Assembly: GCA_934747255.1 (NCBI GenBank)
Contig: CAKVGH010000006.1
Location: 8,414-72,413 of the forward strand
Direction: 5' to 3'
Length of the DNA: 64,000 bases
Source: an uncultured Clostridia bacterium
GTDB lineage: Bacteria > Bacillota > Clostridia > Christensenellales > UBA1242
Under the pieces are notes generated by a model. It ran no database searches, was not told the origin of the DNA, and saw only the letters and a list, made by a program, of their open reading frames with translations. A program made the position numbers and the translations under genes. Shown here one piece after another: positions 8,242 through 17,787 of this stretch; the first letter of the stretch is position 1; each line of letters opens with the position of its first letter.

Positions 8242-10089
8242 TTAGTAGTTTTCTTTCACTTCGCCATCTTGTTCCATTTGATTAAACTTTTCTCGCCACG
8301 CCTTGTCGTCATAAAATTTTGCTTGCGCAAATGGATTTTTTAGTTCAATGCTATTTTCAAAGACATTGCTAGCATAAGAAATATTTTGGTTTACTATTTT
8401 TTCAACACATCTATATACTTTTGACCATTCTGTTTTGTCGTTTAAGGCTTTGCCAATACTATAAAGTGAGTCCATAATATCTTTTAAGTGAATATCACTA
8501 GAATTAGTTTTCATAATTCTATAGACATTATTTGGATAATCTTTTACATAAGACTTTAATTTGTTATAGTCAAATGTTGTAGCATTTATAACCATATCGT
8601 ATTTGCTAATTTTTTCTAGGTATGACTTGTTTATAAAGCAAACATCTTCGTTAAAGATTTCTTCAAAATTAGATAAAACTCTATAAAGGTCACCTTCACT
8701 AAAATGAGCAAAGTTATCTTGAACTAACAATAAATCAACAAAGTTATCAACACCATAAGCCGAAAGTTTTTCGGTAAATTCTTTATCATTATCTAGACGC
8801 CTGCGTAATGCTACAACAACATTCAAATCAACATTGCTTTCGCCGTTTTTAATTTTGGTTTTCATAAAATCTAAAACTTTGAGCATTACATAGTCTTTTT
8901 CTTTTTCCAAGTTGCTTCTTTCAAGTTCTTTTTGCAAAAAGTCGTTTGCTTCCGTTTTAGAGATAGTGCCTTCAACAGCTTTTTTTGCTAAAAAGTTCGA
9001 CTTTGGCAAAAATCTAATTCCAGCAAGTTTTAATAAATCAAAACAGTCGCTTATGGTTTCGTAGTTATTTACTATTCTATCAAAGTTGTCACCAAGTTTA
9101 GCATTTTGTGTCTTAAAATAAGCATTTTTTATGAGTTCTTTATATTTTTTTGATGCAAACAAACATCTTGTCATATCATCATAAAATAAATTTTTTGCGG
9201 TTTCACCAGAAAAACTAAAAGAATTATTATTTTTTGTTATTAAATTAACATCCTTAAAATAACTTAAATCATTCAAAGGAAGTAAAAAGTATCTTAAAGA
9301 GTTACTAGTGTATTTACTTGAATCCCAAGTAACATCTGCATAATAAAATCCTTCTATTTTATACTTATCGTCTTTAAGGTAAATAACATTGTTACGATGA
9401 TAACCAGTTTTGCCATCTCTATATTTAGTTTCTATGGAATTTTCAAAAGTTTTAAGGTTAGGATTATTTAACTCTGTAATTATTGCATAGATTAGTCTTG
9501 AATAACCCGCACAAACAATTTTGTTAAACTTACCACTCACGACACCAATTAGAGTTCGAGATGCTGACCAATGGTCAGTTTTTTCTTCCTCCTTATAAGA
9601 GTAATGTTTAATCTTTGTGTAAAGATAAAGCATTGATTCTAGTGGCGAAAGATTAAGTTTTTTTATTTCTGTTGCACTTTTTCTAACATAGTTAAATGCT
9701 TTTTTTGATTGTTCAGCCGAAAAATGACGACTCTCATAGACACCACTTTCAATGTCTTTATAACCCATTTTTTCAACATCGGCTTTTAACGAATCTATAT
9801 CTTGATTTTTGTAAATATTTCGTCTATCGTAGTAATATAAATCAACCTTAATGTCCTTTTCGTCAAAGCCTTTACTTTTTGCAAACTCAATTGCTTTTTT
9901 TAAGTTATCTTCTAGTCTATAATCGTAAAGTTCGTATTCTGTTAACAAAATACATAATACAGGCTTTAAGTTCTTATCTCTTTTTTCAATGAAGTCTAAA
10001 AGATTTTCTTCAAATCTGTCAGGAGATAATATTCCCCCAATTCCAACATAATCAATCTCTTTTTCGTTTACAACTTTATTTTCTTCCAT
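8242..10089 (-). CDS. Large cytoplasmic protein with a transglutaminase-like Cys-His-Asp core; function unknown
   Basis: 615 aa with no signal peptide or TM segment. KIVCAGYSRLIYAI ... GYHRNNVIYL ... GFYYADVTWD has the spacing of the transglutaminase-like cysteine protease triad. The C-terminal ~320 aa look helical and have no recognisable motif. Confidence 0.5.
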   Translation of the reverse strand: MEENKVVNEKEIDYVGIGGILSPDRFEENLLDFIEKRDKNLKPVLCILLTEYELYDYRLEDNLKKAIEFAKSKGFDEKDIKVDLYYYDRRNIYKNQDIDSLKADVEKMGYKDIESGVYESRHFSAEQSKKAFNYVRKSATEIKKLNLSPLESMLYLYTKIKHYSYKEEEKTDHWSASRTLIGVVSGKFNKIVCAGYSRLIYAIITELNNPNLKTFENSIETKYRDGKTGYHRNNVIYLKDDKYKIEGFYYADVTWDSSKYTSNSLRYFLLPLNDLSYFKDVNLITKNNNSFSFSGETAKNLFYDDMTRCLFASKKYKELIKNAYFKTQNAKLGDNFDRIVNNYETISDCFDLLKLAGIRFLPKSNFLAKKAVEGTISKTEANDFLQKELERSNLEKEKDYVMLKVLDFMKTKIKNGESNVDLNVVVALRRRLDNDKEFTEKLSAYGVDNFVDLLLVQDNFAHFSEGDLYRVLSNFEEIFNEDVCFINKSYLEKISKYDMVINATTFDYNKLKSYVKDYPNNVYRIMKTNSSDIHLKDIMDSLYSIGKALNDKTEWSKVYRCVEKIVNQNISYASNVFENSIELKNPFAQAKFYDDKAWREKFNQMEQDGEVKENY

Positions 10090-10194
10090 AGTTATATTAT
10101 AACATAATATAAAATTAAGTCAATACATAAATTTGACATATAAGTCAATAAAAAAACTCACCATTATTGTGGTGAATTTTTTTCCGCCTTCAAA

Positions 10195-10668
10195 TTATTT
10201 TACAGGAATAATCTTGATATAATCAATAGCAAGTCCCGTCTGCTCGGTTACGATAGACACAATTTGTGCCACTTGGCTTGATGTGAGTTCCCCTGCTTTA
10301 ACAACCACTTTAACTCCCGATGTAGCACTGGTTACAATTACATCTTCAAAACCTTTGCTTTTAATTAGCCCTTCGGTAACAAGTTCAGTTTCCATTGCTT
10401 CAATCAAACTTGCTCTTTTGGTTTCCGCTGCTGCTTTTGCTTCGGCACTTGTATCTGTACTTGCTATAATAGCATCGTAATACTTAATTTCTTCACTTCT
10501 AACAGACTCTCTATCGCTTCGATAAGTTGTAAAGAAGTTTGCAGTTGTAACAGTGTTTGTGTTTGTTTCAACAACGCCACGATTTAATGCAATGTTAAGG
10601 TAGCCAGTAACAGCAAGTAACACAGCCATAACAGATAAAATTATTATTTTTTTCTTTTTTGTCAACAT
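10195..10668 (-). CDS. spoIIIAH: Stage III sporulation protein AH
   Basis: 157 aa with an N-terminal TM segment and a C-terminal YscJ/FliF-like domain. It is the last gene of the spoIIIA string. Confidence 0.75.
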   Translation of the reverse strand: MLTKKKKIIILSVMAVLLAVTGYLNIALNRGVVETNTNTVTTANFFTTYRSDRESVRSEEIKYYDAIIASTDTSAEAKAAAETKRASLIEAMETELVTEGLIKSKGFEDVIVTSATSGVKVVVKAGELTSSQVAQIVSIVTEQTGLAIDYIKIIPVK

Positions 10669-10682
10669 AATAAATCTCCTTT

Positions 10683-11270
10683 TTATTTACCTACAAATAC
10701 TTCTATTTTGCTAGAATCTAGTTTAAGCAAAGTTTGTATTGCTGAAATTATATCTAGTTTAACTTTTGTGTCTTTTGCTCCCGAACTAACAACGACTATC
10801 CCACTAATTTCGGGCATTTTTTCACTAATAACTATTGGTTTTTTTTCGCCATCAATTTCAACAAGAATTATCTTGCTTTTTTTTTCCACAGTTTGTCCAC
10901 TTGTTGTTATGGTGTCATCGGTAGCAAATTCTAGTTCCACACTAGATGACACCGAAACCATAACTTCGACATTTCCCGTCCCCTGCATTTGCGACAAAAC
11001 TGATTTTATTCGCTTTTCTAGTGACTCAACATACTTTGAAGTGGAAATATATGTTTGAGATGTTGAATCAGTAGTACCCGTAGTTTGATTAGTTGATGAC
11101 GACTTCAAAAAACCAAAAATGTTATTACCGCAAAAACAAATCAGCAAAAGCACAATGGCAAAGATAGATACAATGATAACTTCAATGTGTTTTATGCTTT
11201 TAAGTTTCTTAACAAAAGATAACTCTGCAAGCGACTTAAACAGTCCCTTTTGTTTTTTTTCATCACTCAT
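10683..11270 (-). CDS. spoIIIAG: Stage III sporulation protein AG
   Basis: 195 aa with a single TM segment and a C-terminal beta-rich ring domain (...GNVEVMVSVSSS...IVVVSSGA...), in the expected operon position. Confidence 0.75.
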   Translation of the reverse strand: MSDEKKQKGLFKSLAELSFVKKLKSIKHIEVIIVSIFAIVLLLICFCGNNIFGFLKSSSTNQTTGTTDSTSQTYISTSKYVESLEKRIKSVLSQMQGTGNVEVMVSVSSSVELEFATDDTITTSGQTVEKKSKIILVEIDGEKKPIVISEKMPEISGIVVVSSGAKDTKVKLDIISAIQTLLKLDSSKIEVFVGK

Positions 11271-11745
11271 TGAATACTATCTGCTCCTTGGAAACATTTA
11301 CGACCTGCTGTACGGCTTGTACAATTTCGGTATACTTATTTATATGCGACATTTGTCCGCTAATTACCATATTTTTTAAGTTTAATGTAACTTTTTTGAT
11401 ATTTAGAACATTATCTTCCAAATTACTCTCAATTTCGCACGACACATTCAAAAAACCCGCTTTTTCGATAGATTTTTCCACATTCGTTTGCAAGACTTTT
11501 ACTATCTTTTTGTTTGTTGCTTGCAAAAAATCTTGGTCAATTTCGATAGACACTTTATCATAAAAAAAGTTGGAGAAATCATAGTTACTGTTTATGATTT
11601 TAGGAATAGGTAAAATAATCGCCATAACAGTAAAAATTCCAAACATTGATTTTATGTATTTGTTCATTTGCCCGTTTGGGACAACAATATCGACCAAAAC
11701 ACCTAACATTACAACACCAATTATCGATAGCAAATATGCGGTCAT
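11263..11745 (-). CDS. spoIIIAF: Stage III sporulation protein AF
   Basis: 160 aa with two N-terminal TM helices, in the expected operon position. Confidence 0.7.
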   Translation of the reverse strand: MTAYLLSIIGVVMLGVLVDIVVPNGQMNKYIKSMFGIFTVMAIILPIPKIINSNYDFSNFFYDKVSIEIDQDFLQATNKKIVKVLQTNVEKSIEKAGFLNVSCEIESNLEDNVLNIKKVTLNLKNMVISGQMSHINKYTEIVQAVQQVVNVSKEQIVFNE

Positions 11746-11891
11746 ATCTTCTCCTTTTTCATTTATTTTTTATAATTGTTTACCACTTTATGTCTACAAA
11801 AAATTCTCATCTATCTTGTAATTTTTTCCAATTGTCATTTAGATATTTTCTTGTTTTTATTATATTTTGAATTGTTCATAAAAGTACCACA

Positions 11892-13088
11892 TTAAAAGAC
11901 ATTGCTTGTACACATAATTAGTCCTATGGTAATTAAATAAGCAAAGCCAGCCACACAAATAGTAGCAATTAGCATTGACAGACATTTTGAAATACCGCTC
12001 AAAAAATCAACTATTCGTTTATCGCAAATTGGTTCTAAAATTCCTGCACTTAATGACAAAACAAGTTTCAAAAGTAATATTTTTAGTATAGGAGAAATTA
12101 TTGTTGAAAAAAGCAAAAAAAGTCCTGCCATACCAACTGCATTTTTAACCAAAACACTGCTTGTTAAAATTAAATTTAATCCATCCGCCAAATAGCCACC
12201 AACAAACGGAATGTAACTTTTCATTGCATATTTTGTTGTTCTAATAGATAGTCCATCATAACTACCCGCCGTTATGCCTTGAATAGTCAAAAACGCCGAA
12301 AACAGTGTGAAAACAAGTCCTATTGTCCATTTGAAAATTGATTGAAAAAGTCCAGAAAATTTGTTTAGTTTTACATTGCTCGATAAATTGCCAACGACCG
12401 TAAAAACAAGGCAAAACACAAAGAGTGGCATTATAAAATTTACAAAAATTGTCATCAGTGAACCAGACAAAATTGCAACTAATGGCTGATATACACTAAC
12501 CGATACTACTGACCCCACCGATGTCAACAAAGTCAACAAAATTGGGAAGCCAATTTCCATTTGCCCTTTAAGACTATTGAGAGTACTATATGTTACCTTA
12601 ACTAATCCTGTAACTGCGTTAAAAACAACCATTATGATTACGGCATAACATACAAAATGGACAATTTCCGCAACCGTTTTATCTTTACTAAAATTTGCTT
12701 GATTTGTAATACTAGACAAAACTCCTAGTGCAATTATCGTGCAAAGTAATGGAATTATAGCCAGTATTTCATTTGATAAAATACTAAAAAAAGCCGATGC
12801 AATACTGGAAAAATTTATGCTTGTTTTACCAGAAATTAAATCTTTAACCTTTTCAAGAAACGAACCATTACTAAAAATAGATTTGTCTTGATTAGTCATA
12901 TTTTTAATAATCTCGTCAAAGCCAGAAAAATCTATATCTTCCAGCGTTTTGTCTACTTCATTTATAATGTCAGTTTCAGCACTTTCAACTGCAAGAACTT
13001 TTGTACTATTTTTAGGAAAAATAGACACACAAAACGAAATTAAAATAATCAGTATCAACCCTATAATTATCTTGTAACTTTTTTTCAT
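11892..13088 (-). CDS. spoIIIAE: Stage III sporulation protein AE
   Basis: 398 aa polytopic membrane protein with a signal-like N-terminus. Size and position match SpoIIIAE. Confidence 0.85.
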   Translation of the reverse strand: MKKSYKIIIGLILIILISFCVSIFPKNSTKVLAVESAETDIINEVDKTLEDIDFSGFDEIIKNMTNQDKSIFSNGSFLEKVKDLISGKTSINFSSIASAFFSILSNEILAIIPLLCTIIALGVLSSITNQANFSKDKTVAEIVHFVCYAVIIMVVFNAVTGLVKVTYSTLNSLKGQMEIGFPILLTLLTSVGSVVSVSVYQPLVAILSGSLMTIFVNFIMPLFVFCLVFTVVGNLSSNVKLNKFSGLFQSIFKWTIGLVFTLFSAFLTIQGITAGSYDGLSIRTTKYAMKSYIPFVGGYLADGLNLILTSSVLVKNAVGMAGLFLLFSTIISPILKILLLKLVLSLSAGILEPICDKRIVDFLSGISKCLSMLIATICVAGFAYLITIGLIMCTSNVF

Positions 13089-13471
13089 TGCATAATACCA
13101 ATAATGACTTCGATAAGATTATTTATCACTGGCATACAAAGAATTAAAATAGTAATTTTTCCCGCAAACATAATCTTGTCCGCTATGGACACATTACCGC
13201 TATCTATACAAATATTTGAACCAAACTCTGTTATGTAACCTATGCCTATAACTTTCAAAACGCATTTGAAAAGCGAACTATTTACCCCAGTTTTATTCAT
13301 TAAAAGTTTTATGCTATCAAAAACATTTGTCAAACTATTAACCAACATAAAAACTATAACAAGACCACCAGCAATAGTAACAAAAATCGCAAGTTCTGGT
13401 TTAACTTGCTTTAATACTACTGTAACTATGACCGTTATAATTCCCACTGCGATAATTTTGAATATTTCCAT
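13085..13471 (-). CDS. spoIIIAD: Stage III sporulation protein AD
   Basis: 128 aa. ...KVIGIGYITEFGSNICIDSGNVSIADKIMFAGKI... closely parallels B. subtilis SpoIIIAD. Confidence 0.85.
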   Translation of the reverse strand: MEIFKIIAVGIITVIVTVVLKQVKPELAIFVTIAGGLVIVFMLVNSLTNVFDSIKLLMNKTGVNSSLFKCVLKVIGIGYITEFGSNICIDSGNVSIADKIMFAGKITILILCMPVINNLIEVIIGIMQ

Positions 13472-13477
13472 AAAACC

Positions 13478-13681
13478 CTACAAAATAAATAATGAAAAAA
13501 GACCCTTTACTGTGCTAAATAAATCACTTATTAAGTTTACTATCATAAGTAGTACAACAATCACTCCCGCAAGAGTTGTAAGCGTTGCAATTTCGTCTTT
13601 ACCCGCATACTTTAACACCTGATTTACAACAGCGGTTAATATTCCAATACCTGCAATCTTAAAAATTATTTCTACTCCCAT
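13478..13681 (-). CDS. spoIIIAC: Stage III sporulation protein AC
   Basis: 67 aa. MGVEIIFKIAGIGILTAVVNQVLKYAGKDE... parallels B. subtilis SpoIIIAC. Confidence 0.85.
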   Translation of the reverse strand: MGVEIIFKIAGIGILTAVVNQVLKYAGKDEIATLTTLAGVIVVLLMIVNLISDLFSTVKGLFSLFIL

Positions 13682-13752
13682 TTTTTACTCCTTTAACAGT
13701 TTGCATAGTACTATTAAACTTTGCATAGTACTCCCGATTTTTCGGGCGAAAA

Positions 13753-14253
13753 TCAAATAAATATAATAAAAATTGCCACAGCAAACAATATTCCTAATTT
13801 AACAGACATACTTCCATATTTTTGATTTTCCTGCTTGGAAAATCCTAAAATCGAAGAAAATTTGCTTTTGAAATCCCCTATTTGAGCAAGTTGGTCAAAC
13901 GAATTCGATGTGCCTAAAATTTCAAAAAAGTCACACAACTGCTCTTTCTCATCGTCTTTTAATATTGCCACCTTATCAAGTTCATTGCGAAAATTATTTC
14001 TAAAATTATCAATGTCTTTTAATGCCTTTTCGTAAGACATCAATACCTTATTAAAATTGCTACCATAACTATCATTTTTTTTATTTAGTAAAGTTTTTAT
14101 ATCTGTTTTCAAAAAACTAATTTCACTTTGCAAGTACCCGCAAAAGTCATATATGTTTTGAAAAAAATATTGCCTTGATTTGTAATAAACAAAAAACTTG
14201 TAAGACAAAAAAATAACAAGCAGACAAAGAAGCAACATCAAAATAATTTTCAT
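13753..14253 (-). CDS. spoIIIAB: Stage III sporulation protein AB
   Basis: 166 aa with N- and C-terminal TM segments flanking a helical cytoplasmic domain. It overlaps the spoIIIAA stop. Confidence 0.75.
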   Translation of the reverse strand: MKIILMLLLCLLVIFLSYKFFVYYKSRQYFFQNIYDFCGYLQSEISFLKTDIKTLLNKKNDSYGSNFNKVLMSYEKALKDIDNFRNNFRNELDKVAILKDDEKEQLCDFFEILGTSNSFDQLAQIGDFKSKFSSILGFSKQENQKYGSMSVKLGILFAVAIFIIFI

Positions 14254-15167
14254 TTCTTTAACTCCATCAACTCAAAATTCTCATCATAAATTCCTTCAAT
14301 TTGACCTTTTTTTGCGTTTCCATGCAAAACTATGTATCTATCAAAAGTTTTGTCTATCAAAAATTGCTCAAATTCTTTCTTTCGCTTTAATTCATTTAGA
14401 TTTTTACCGTGAATAGTACAAAGAAGTTTTACTCCACAAGTAGAAGCGTATTTTAGGGCTTCAAAGTCTTTTTTTGTTCCTATTTCGTCAGTAGCAATAA
14501 CTTGTGGGTTCATTGACCTAATTCCGTTGATAATAGACTCATATTTATTGCCATTTATAATGGTGTCACAAAACTCGCCAATGTTTAATTGATTAACACC
14601 TTTGGTTGTGGCACTGATTTCGTTTCGTTCGTCAACCAAAAGTACATTCAGCGCCTTTTCACTTGCAAGACTTCTAACCAAATCTCTTAAAAGTGTTGTT
14701 TTACCGCTTGATGGTGGCGAAATTATTAGAGTATTAAGAAACTCGTTTTTTTGGAATAGATATTCGATAATATTTTCACTGCAACCTATAATTTGATGCG
14801 GAAATCTAATTGTTAGACTGGAAAAGTTTTTTATAGTTTGCATTTTATTTTCTTCCATTACAACTTGTCCTGTGATGCCTATTCGAATGCCATTATTCAA
14901 TGTGATAAACCCGTTTTTTATGTCTTCGTTTACGGCGTAAATAGAAAAATTCGCACTCTTTGATACAATGTTTTGAATACTCTTTTGACCCAAACTAATA
15001 GCATTTTTACCGCTACTTATTAGTCCTGATTGTCCCAAGTAATAAAACTCACTATCGTAACACACAGTCACCGGTTTTTCGGCTCGAATACGAAGTTCTT
15101 GAAGCCATTTGTAGTCAATCTTTTTTAGTGCATCAACAATTATTTCAGGCAAAATTTCTTCTAACAT
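14250..15167 (-). CDS. spoIIIAA: Stage III sporulation protein AA (secretion-type ATPase)
   Basis: It has the Walker A PPSSGKTTLLRDL. I chose the start at the ATG at 15165-15167 (MLEEILPE) because an AAGGAG RBS lies 6 nt upstream; the track start at 15200 has none. Confidence 0.85.
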   Translation of the reverse strand: MLEEILPEIIVDALKKIDYKWLQELRIRAEKPVTVCYDSEFYYLGQSGLISSGKNAISLGQKSIQNIVSKSANFSIYAVNEDIKNGFITLNNGIRIGITGQVVMEENKMQTIKNFSSLTIRFPHQIIGCSENIIEYLFQKNEFLNTLIISPPSSGKTTLLRDLVRSLASEKALNVLLVDERNEISATTKGVNQLNIGEFCDTIINGNKYESIINGIRSMNPQVIATDEIGTKKDFEALKYASTCGVKLLCTIHGKNLNELKRKKEFEQFLIDKTFDRYIVLHGNAKKGQIEGIYDENFELMELKK

Positions 15168-15391
15168 TTTGACTCCTTTACTACTAATATGAATTATCAA
15201 AATTTAATAGAAGAAAAAAAATGGCTAATTTTGACAAAAAATTATCAAACCGCCATTTATTATTTTTTTAATTATATCACTACAAAAGATTTAAGAAATT
15301 TTTTATAGAAAAAATATTATATTGATGTTGTTAGATTATGAACGCAATCAAAAACTATCAATTTTATGTGTAAATTATTGATTAAAAGCAT

Positions 15392-15414
15392 AAAAAAAGT
15401 GCATTTCTGCACTT
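15392..15414 (-). terminator. Intrinsic terminator after efp
   Basis: Hairpin aagtgca-tttc-tgcactt (15397-15414), followed by a minus-strand T-run. Confidence 0.65.
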
Positions 15415-15429
15415 TAATTTTATAGAAAA

Positions 15430-15984
15430 CTATACTCTTTCCATATATTCGCCTGTTCTTGTATCAATTCTAACTCTGTCGTCTTGATTAACGAATAGTG
15501 GAACTTTGATTTCCAAACCTGTTTCCAATTTTGCTGGCTTCATTGCTGATTTACTTGTATCGCCTTGAACTGCTGGTTCACATTCAACAATTTGAAGTTC
15601 TACAAATAGTGGTGGTGTAACAGAAATAACTCTGCCGTTGCAAGAATTTACTGTAACATCCATCATTTCTACGATGTACTTTAATGCGTCTTGGCAATCC
15701 GCTTTATTAAGTGGAATTTGCTCAAAATTTTCCTTGTCCATAAAGTAGTAAAGTTCGCCATCGTTGTAAAGATATTGCATTTCTCTCTTTTCAATAACTG
15801 CTTCGTCAACTTTTTCGTTTGTTTTGAAGTTTCTTTCTAGTACTTGACCAGTTTCTACATTTTTAATTCTTCCACGAATAAATGCTGCAAGTCTTGGTTG
15901 GCAAACATGTTGCCATTCAACAACAACATAAATATTATTATCCATTATAAATGTACTGCCGATTTTCAAATCACCTGTTGTCAT
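15430..15984 (-). CDS. efp: Translation elongation factor P
   Basis: 184 aa. ...GSTFIMDNNIYVVVEWQHVCQPRLAAFIRGRIKNVETG... shows the typical EF-P domains. Confidence 0.9.
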   Translation of the reverse strand: MTTGDLKIGSTFIMDNNIYVVVEWQHVCQPRLAAFIRGRIKNVETGQVLERNFKTNEKVDEAVIEKREMQYLYNDGELYYFMDKENFEQIPLNKADCQDALKYIVEMMDVTVNSCNGRVISVTPPLFVELQIVECEPAVQGDTSKSAMKPAKLETGLEIKVPLFVNQDDRVRIDTRTGEYMERV

Positions 15985-16070
15985 ATTCTTCTCCTTTTCA
16001 ATAAAAAACTTTTAGACCTAATCTAAACCTTTAATAGTATAAAAAAAGTATTAGATTTTGTCAAGGTAAA

Positions 16071-16928
16071 TTAACCATTATTTTTTACGCTTTCGTAAAT
16101 CTCTTTGAGTTTTAAGGCATCTTCCATCATTTTTTCACGACTTTCACTAATAATTGTTGGCTCTAACTTGTATTCGTCAATCAATTTAGCAAGTGGCTCA
16201 AATTCTGGTCCATAAACCGTATCATCAAGCGTTAAATGTTTGACTTCGCCTTTATTAGTATACTCAATTTTTGAAAAATGAATATGCATATTTTTTGTTT
16301 TGAACTCGCCCAACTTATCAAAGCATTTGTCAATAATTTTTCTATAATCATCAATGCCTTTTAGCGAGCCATTTGTAACAGCATTTATATGTCCAAAATC
16401 AAAAGTTGGTATTAGGCATTTATCTTTTGAACAAATATCTAAAATCTCGTCAACTGAACCAATTTGTTGAGATTTACCCATAGTTTCTGGGCAAATATAA
16501 ACATCATCATAGCCACCCAAATAATATTTTGACAAGATAATGTCTAGTTGTTTGTACAAATTATCAAGTGCAACTTCTCTTGTTTGATTGGTTTGACTTC
16601 CACTATGAACTACGCACTTTTTTCCTTTGAAAAGTTTAAGATAGTCTAGCGACTTTAATATATAACTAGCATTTTTTTCAACAGTTTCTGGATTTGGGTT
16701 TGCCAAATTGATGTAATATGGTGCGTGAACACTAACTAAAATACCATTTTTTTCGGCTTCTTCGCCCAATTTTTGAGCAGTTTCTGACTTTATTGTAAAG
16801 CCTCTACCAAACGAGTATTCGTAACAAGTTAGCCCTATTTTTTTCAAAAAACTAGGTGCTTCGATGGACGATTTATGTCCCGCATCATAAAAGATTTTAC
16901 TATTTCCTGATGGTCCAAATTTTACCAT
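16071..16928 (-). CDS. Endonuclease IV-like TIM-barrel protein (xylose isomerase-like fold)
   Basis: I prefer the start MVKFGPSG, which has an AAGGAG RBS. HAPYYINLANPNPE, VVHSG, PETMG and FDFGH align with the Nfo metal-ligand motifs. The HIHFS segment diverges from the canonical HINDS. Confidence 0.6.
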   Translation of the reverse strand: MVKFGPSGNSKIFYDAGHKSSIEAPSFLKKIGLTCYEYSFGRGFTIKSETAQKLGEEAEKNGILVSVHAPYYINLANPNPETVEKNASYILKSLDYLKLFKGKKCVVHSGSQTNQTREVALDNLYKQLDIILSKYYLGGYDDVYICPETMGKSQQIGSVDEILDICSKDKCLIPTFDFGHINAVTNGSLKGIDDYRKIIDKCFDKLGEFKTKNMHIHFSKIEYTNKGEVKHLTLDDTVYGPEFEPLAKLIDEYKLEPTIISESREKMMEDALKLKEIYESVKNNG

Positions 16929-16938
16929 ATTTTCTCCT

Positions 16939-17787
16939 TTAATTATCAAATAGATTGACATCAACTTTGGCTTTGTTATTTTTAATATGTGCTATTCCAA
17001 ACAACTTGTTGTCGCAATAAAGCAAGCATTGATTTATATCATCACTTTTGAAAGTAATTTCGTTGCCGTTTTTTAGTTTTTCAAACATTGAAGTTGGAGC
17101 GTTAACTCGTTTTATATCTTCCAAGACTTTTTCAAGCGGAATAATATCGCTAGTTGTCAAGTTGTCAAGATTTACAGAATTTTCAATATAAAATTCCCCA
17201 CTACGAATTCGATTGAGTCCACTCATATATGCACAACTGTTACATAAATAGCCCAAATCTCTGGCTAGCGACCTAATATATGTTCCACTAGAACAGTCTA
17301 TCAAAAACTCAAAAGTTTTGCTGTCTTTTTGGCTTAAAAGTTCAAATTTATAGACAGAAATTTGCTTTGACTTTAATTCAAAGTCTATGCCTTTTCTAGA
17401 CAATTCATAGGCTCTAATACCACCAACACTTTTTGCTGAATATTTTGGTGGAATTTGTTCTAAATCTCCTATAAGTTTGTGTAAATTATTCAAAATTTCT
17501 TGTTTTGTAGGAATATAATCTGTTGATTTAATAACTTGTCCTTCGCTGTCTAGCGTGTCAGTTTCCTGACCAAAAGTAAACTCTGCCACATAAGTTTTTG
17601 TCTTTTTTAAGTAAAAATCAAAAAGTTTTGTGGCTTTACCTATGCAAATTGGCAAAACCCCGCTTGCTAATGGGTCAAGTGTGCCTAAATGTCCCACTTT
17701 TGACTGATTGAGTGCTTTTTTTACTTTTGTAACAACTTGTTGAGAAGTTAAGCCTACTGGTTTATTGATTACAACAATTCCATTCAT
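16939..17787 (-). CDS. truB: tRNA pseudouridine(55) synthase
   Basis: 282 aa. MNGIVVINKPVGLTSQQVV...GHLGTLDPLASGVLPI is the TruB catalytic motif. Confidence 0.9.
   Translation of the reverse strand: MNGIVVINKPVGLTSQQVVTKVKKALNQSKVGHLGTLDPLASGVLPICIGKATKLFDFYLKKTKTYVAEFTFGQETDTLDSEGQVIKSTDYIPTKQEILNNLHKLIGDLEQIPPKYSAKSVGGIRAYELSRKGIDFELKSKQISVYKFELLSQKDSKTFEFLIDCSSGTYIRSLARDLGYLCNSCAYMSGLNRIRSGEFYIENSVNLDNLTTSDIIPLEKVLEDIKRVNAPTSMFEKLKNGNEITFKSDDINQCLLYCDNKLFGIAHIKNNKAKVDVNLFDN

Noticed and set aside
15201-15300. A sigma-E-type promoter for spoIIIAA (TCATATTAG about 20 nt upstream of the RBS).
   Set aside because: Only a partial -10 resemblance (CATA) is present, and I could not find a convincing -35 at the right spacing. 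The evidence is too weak to annotate.
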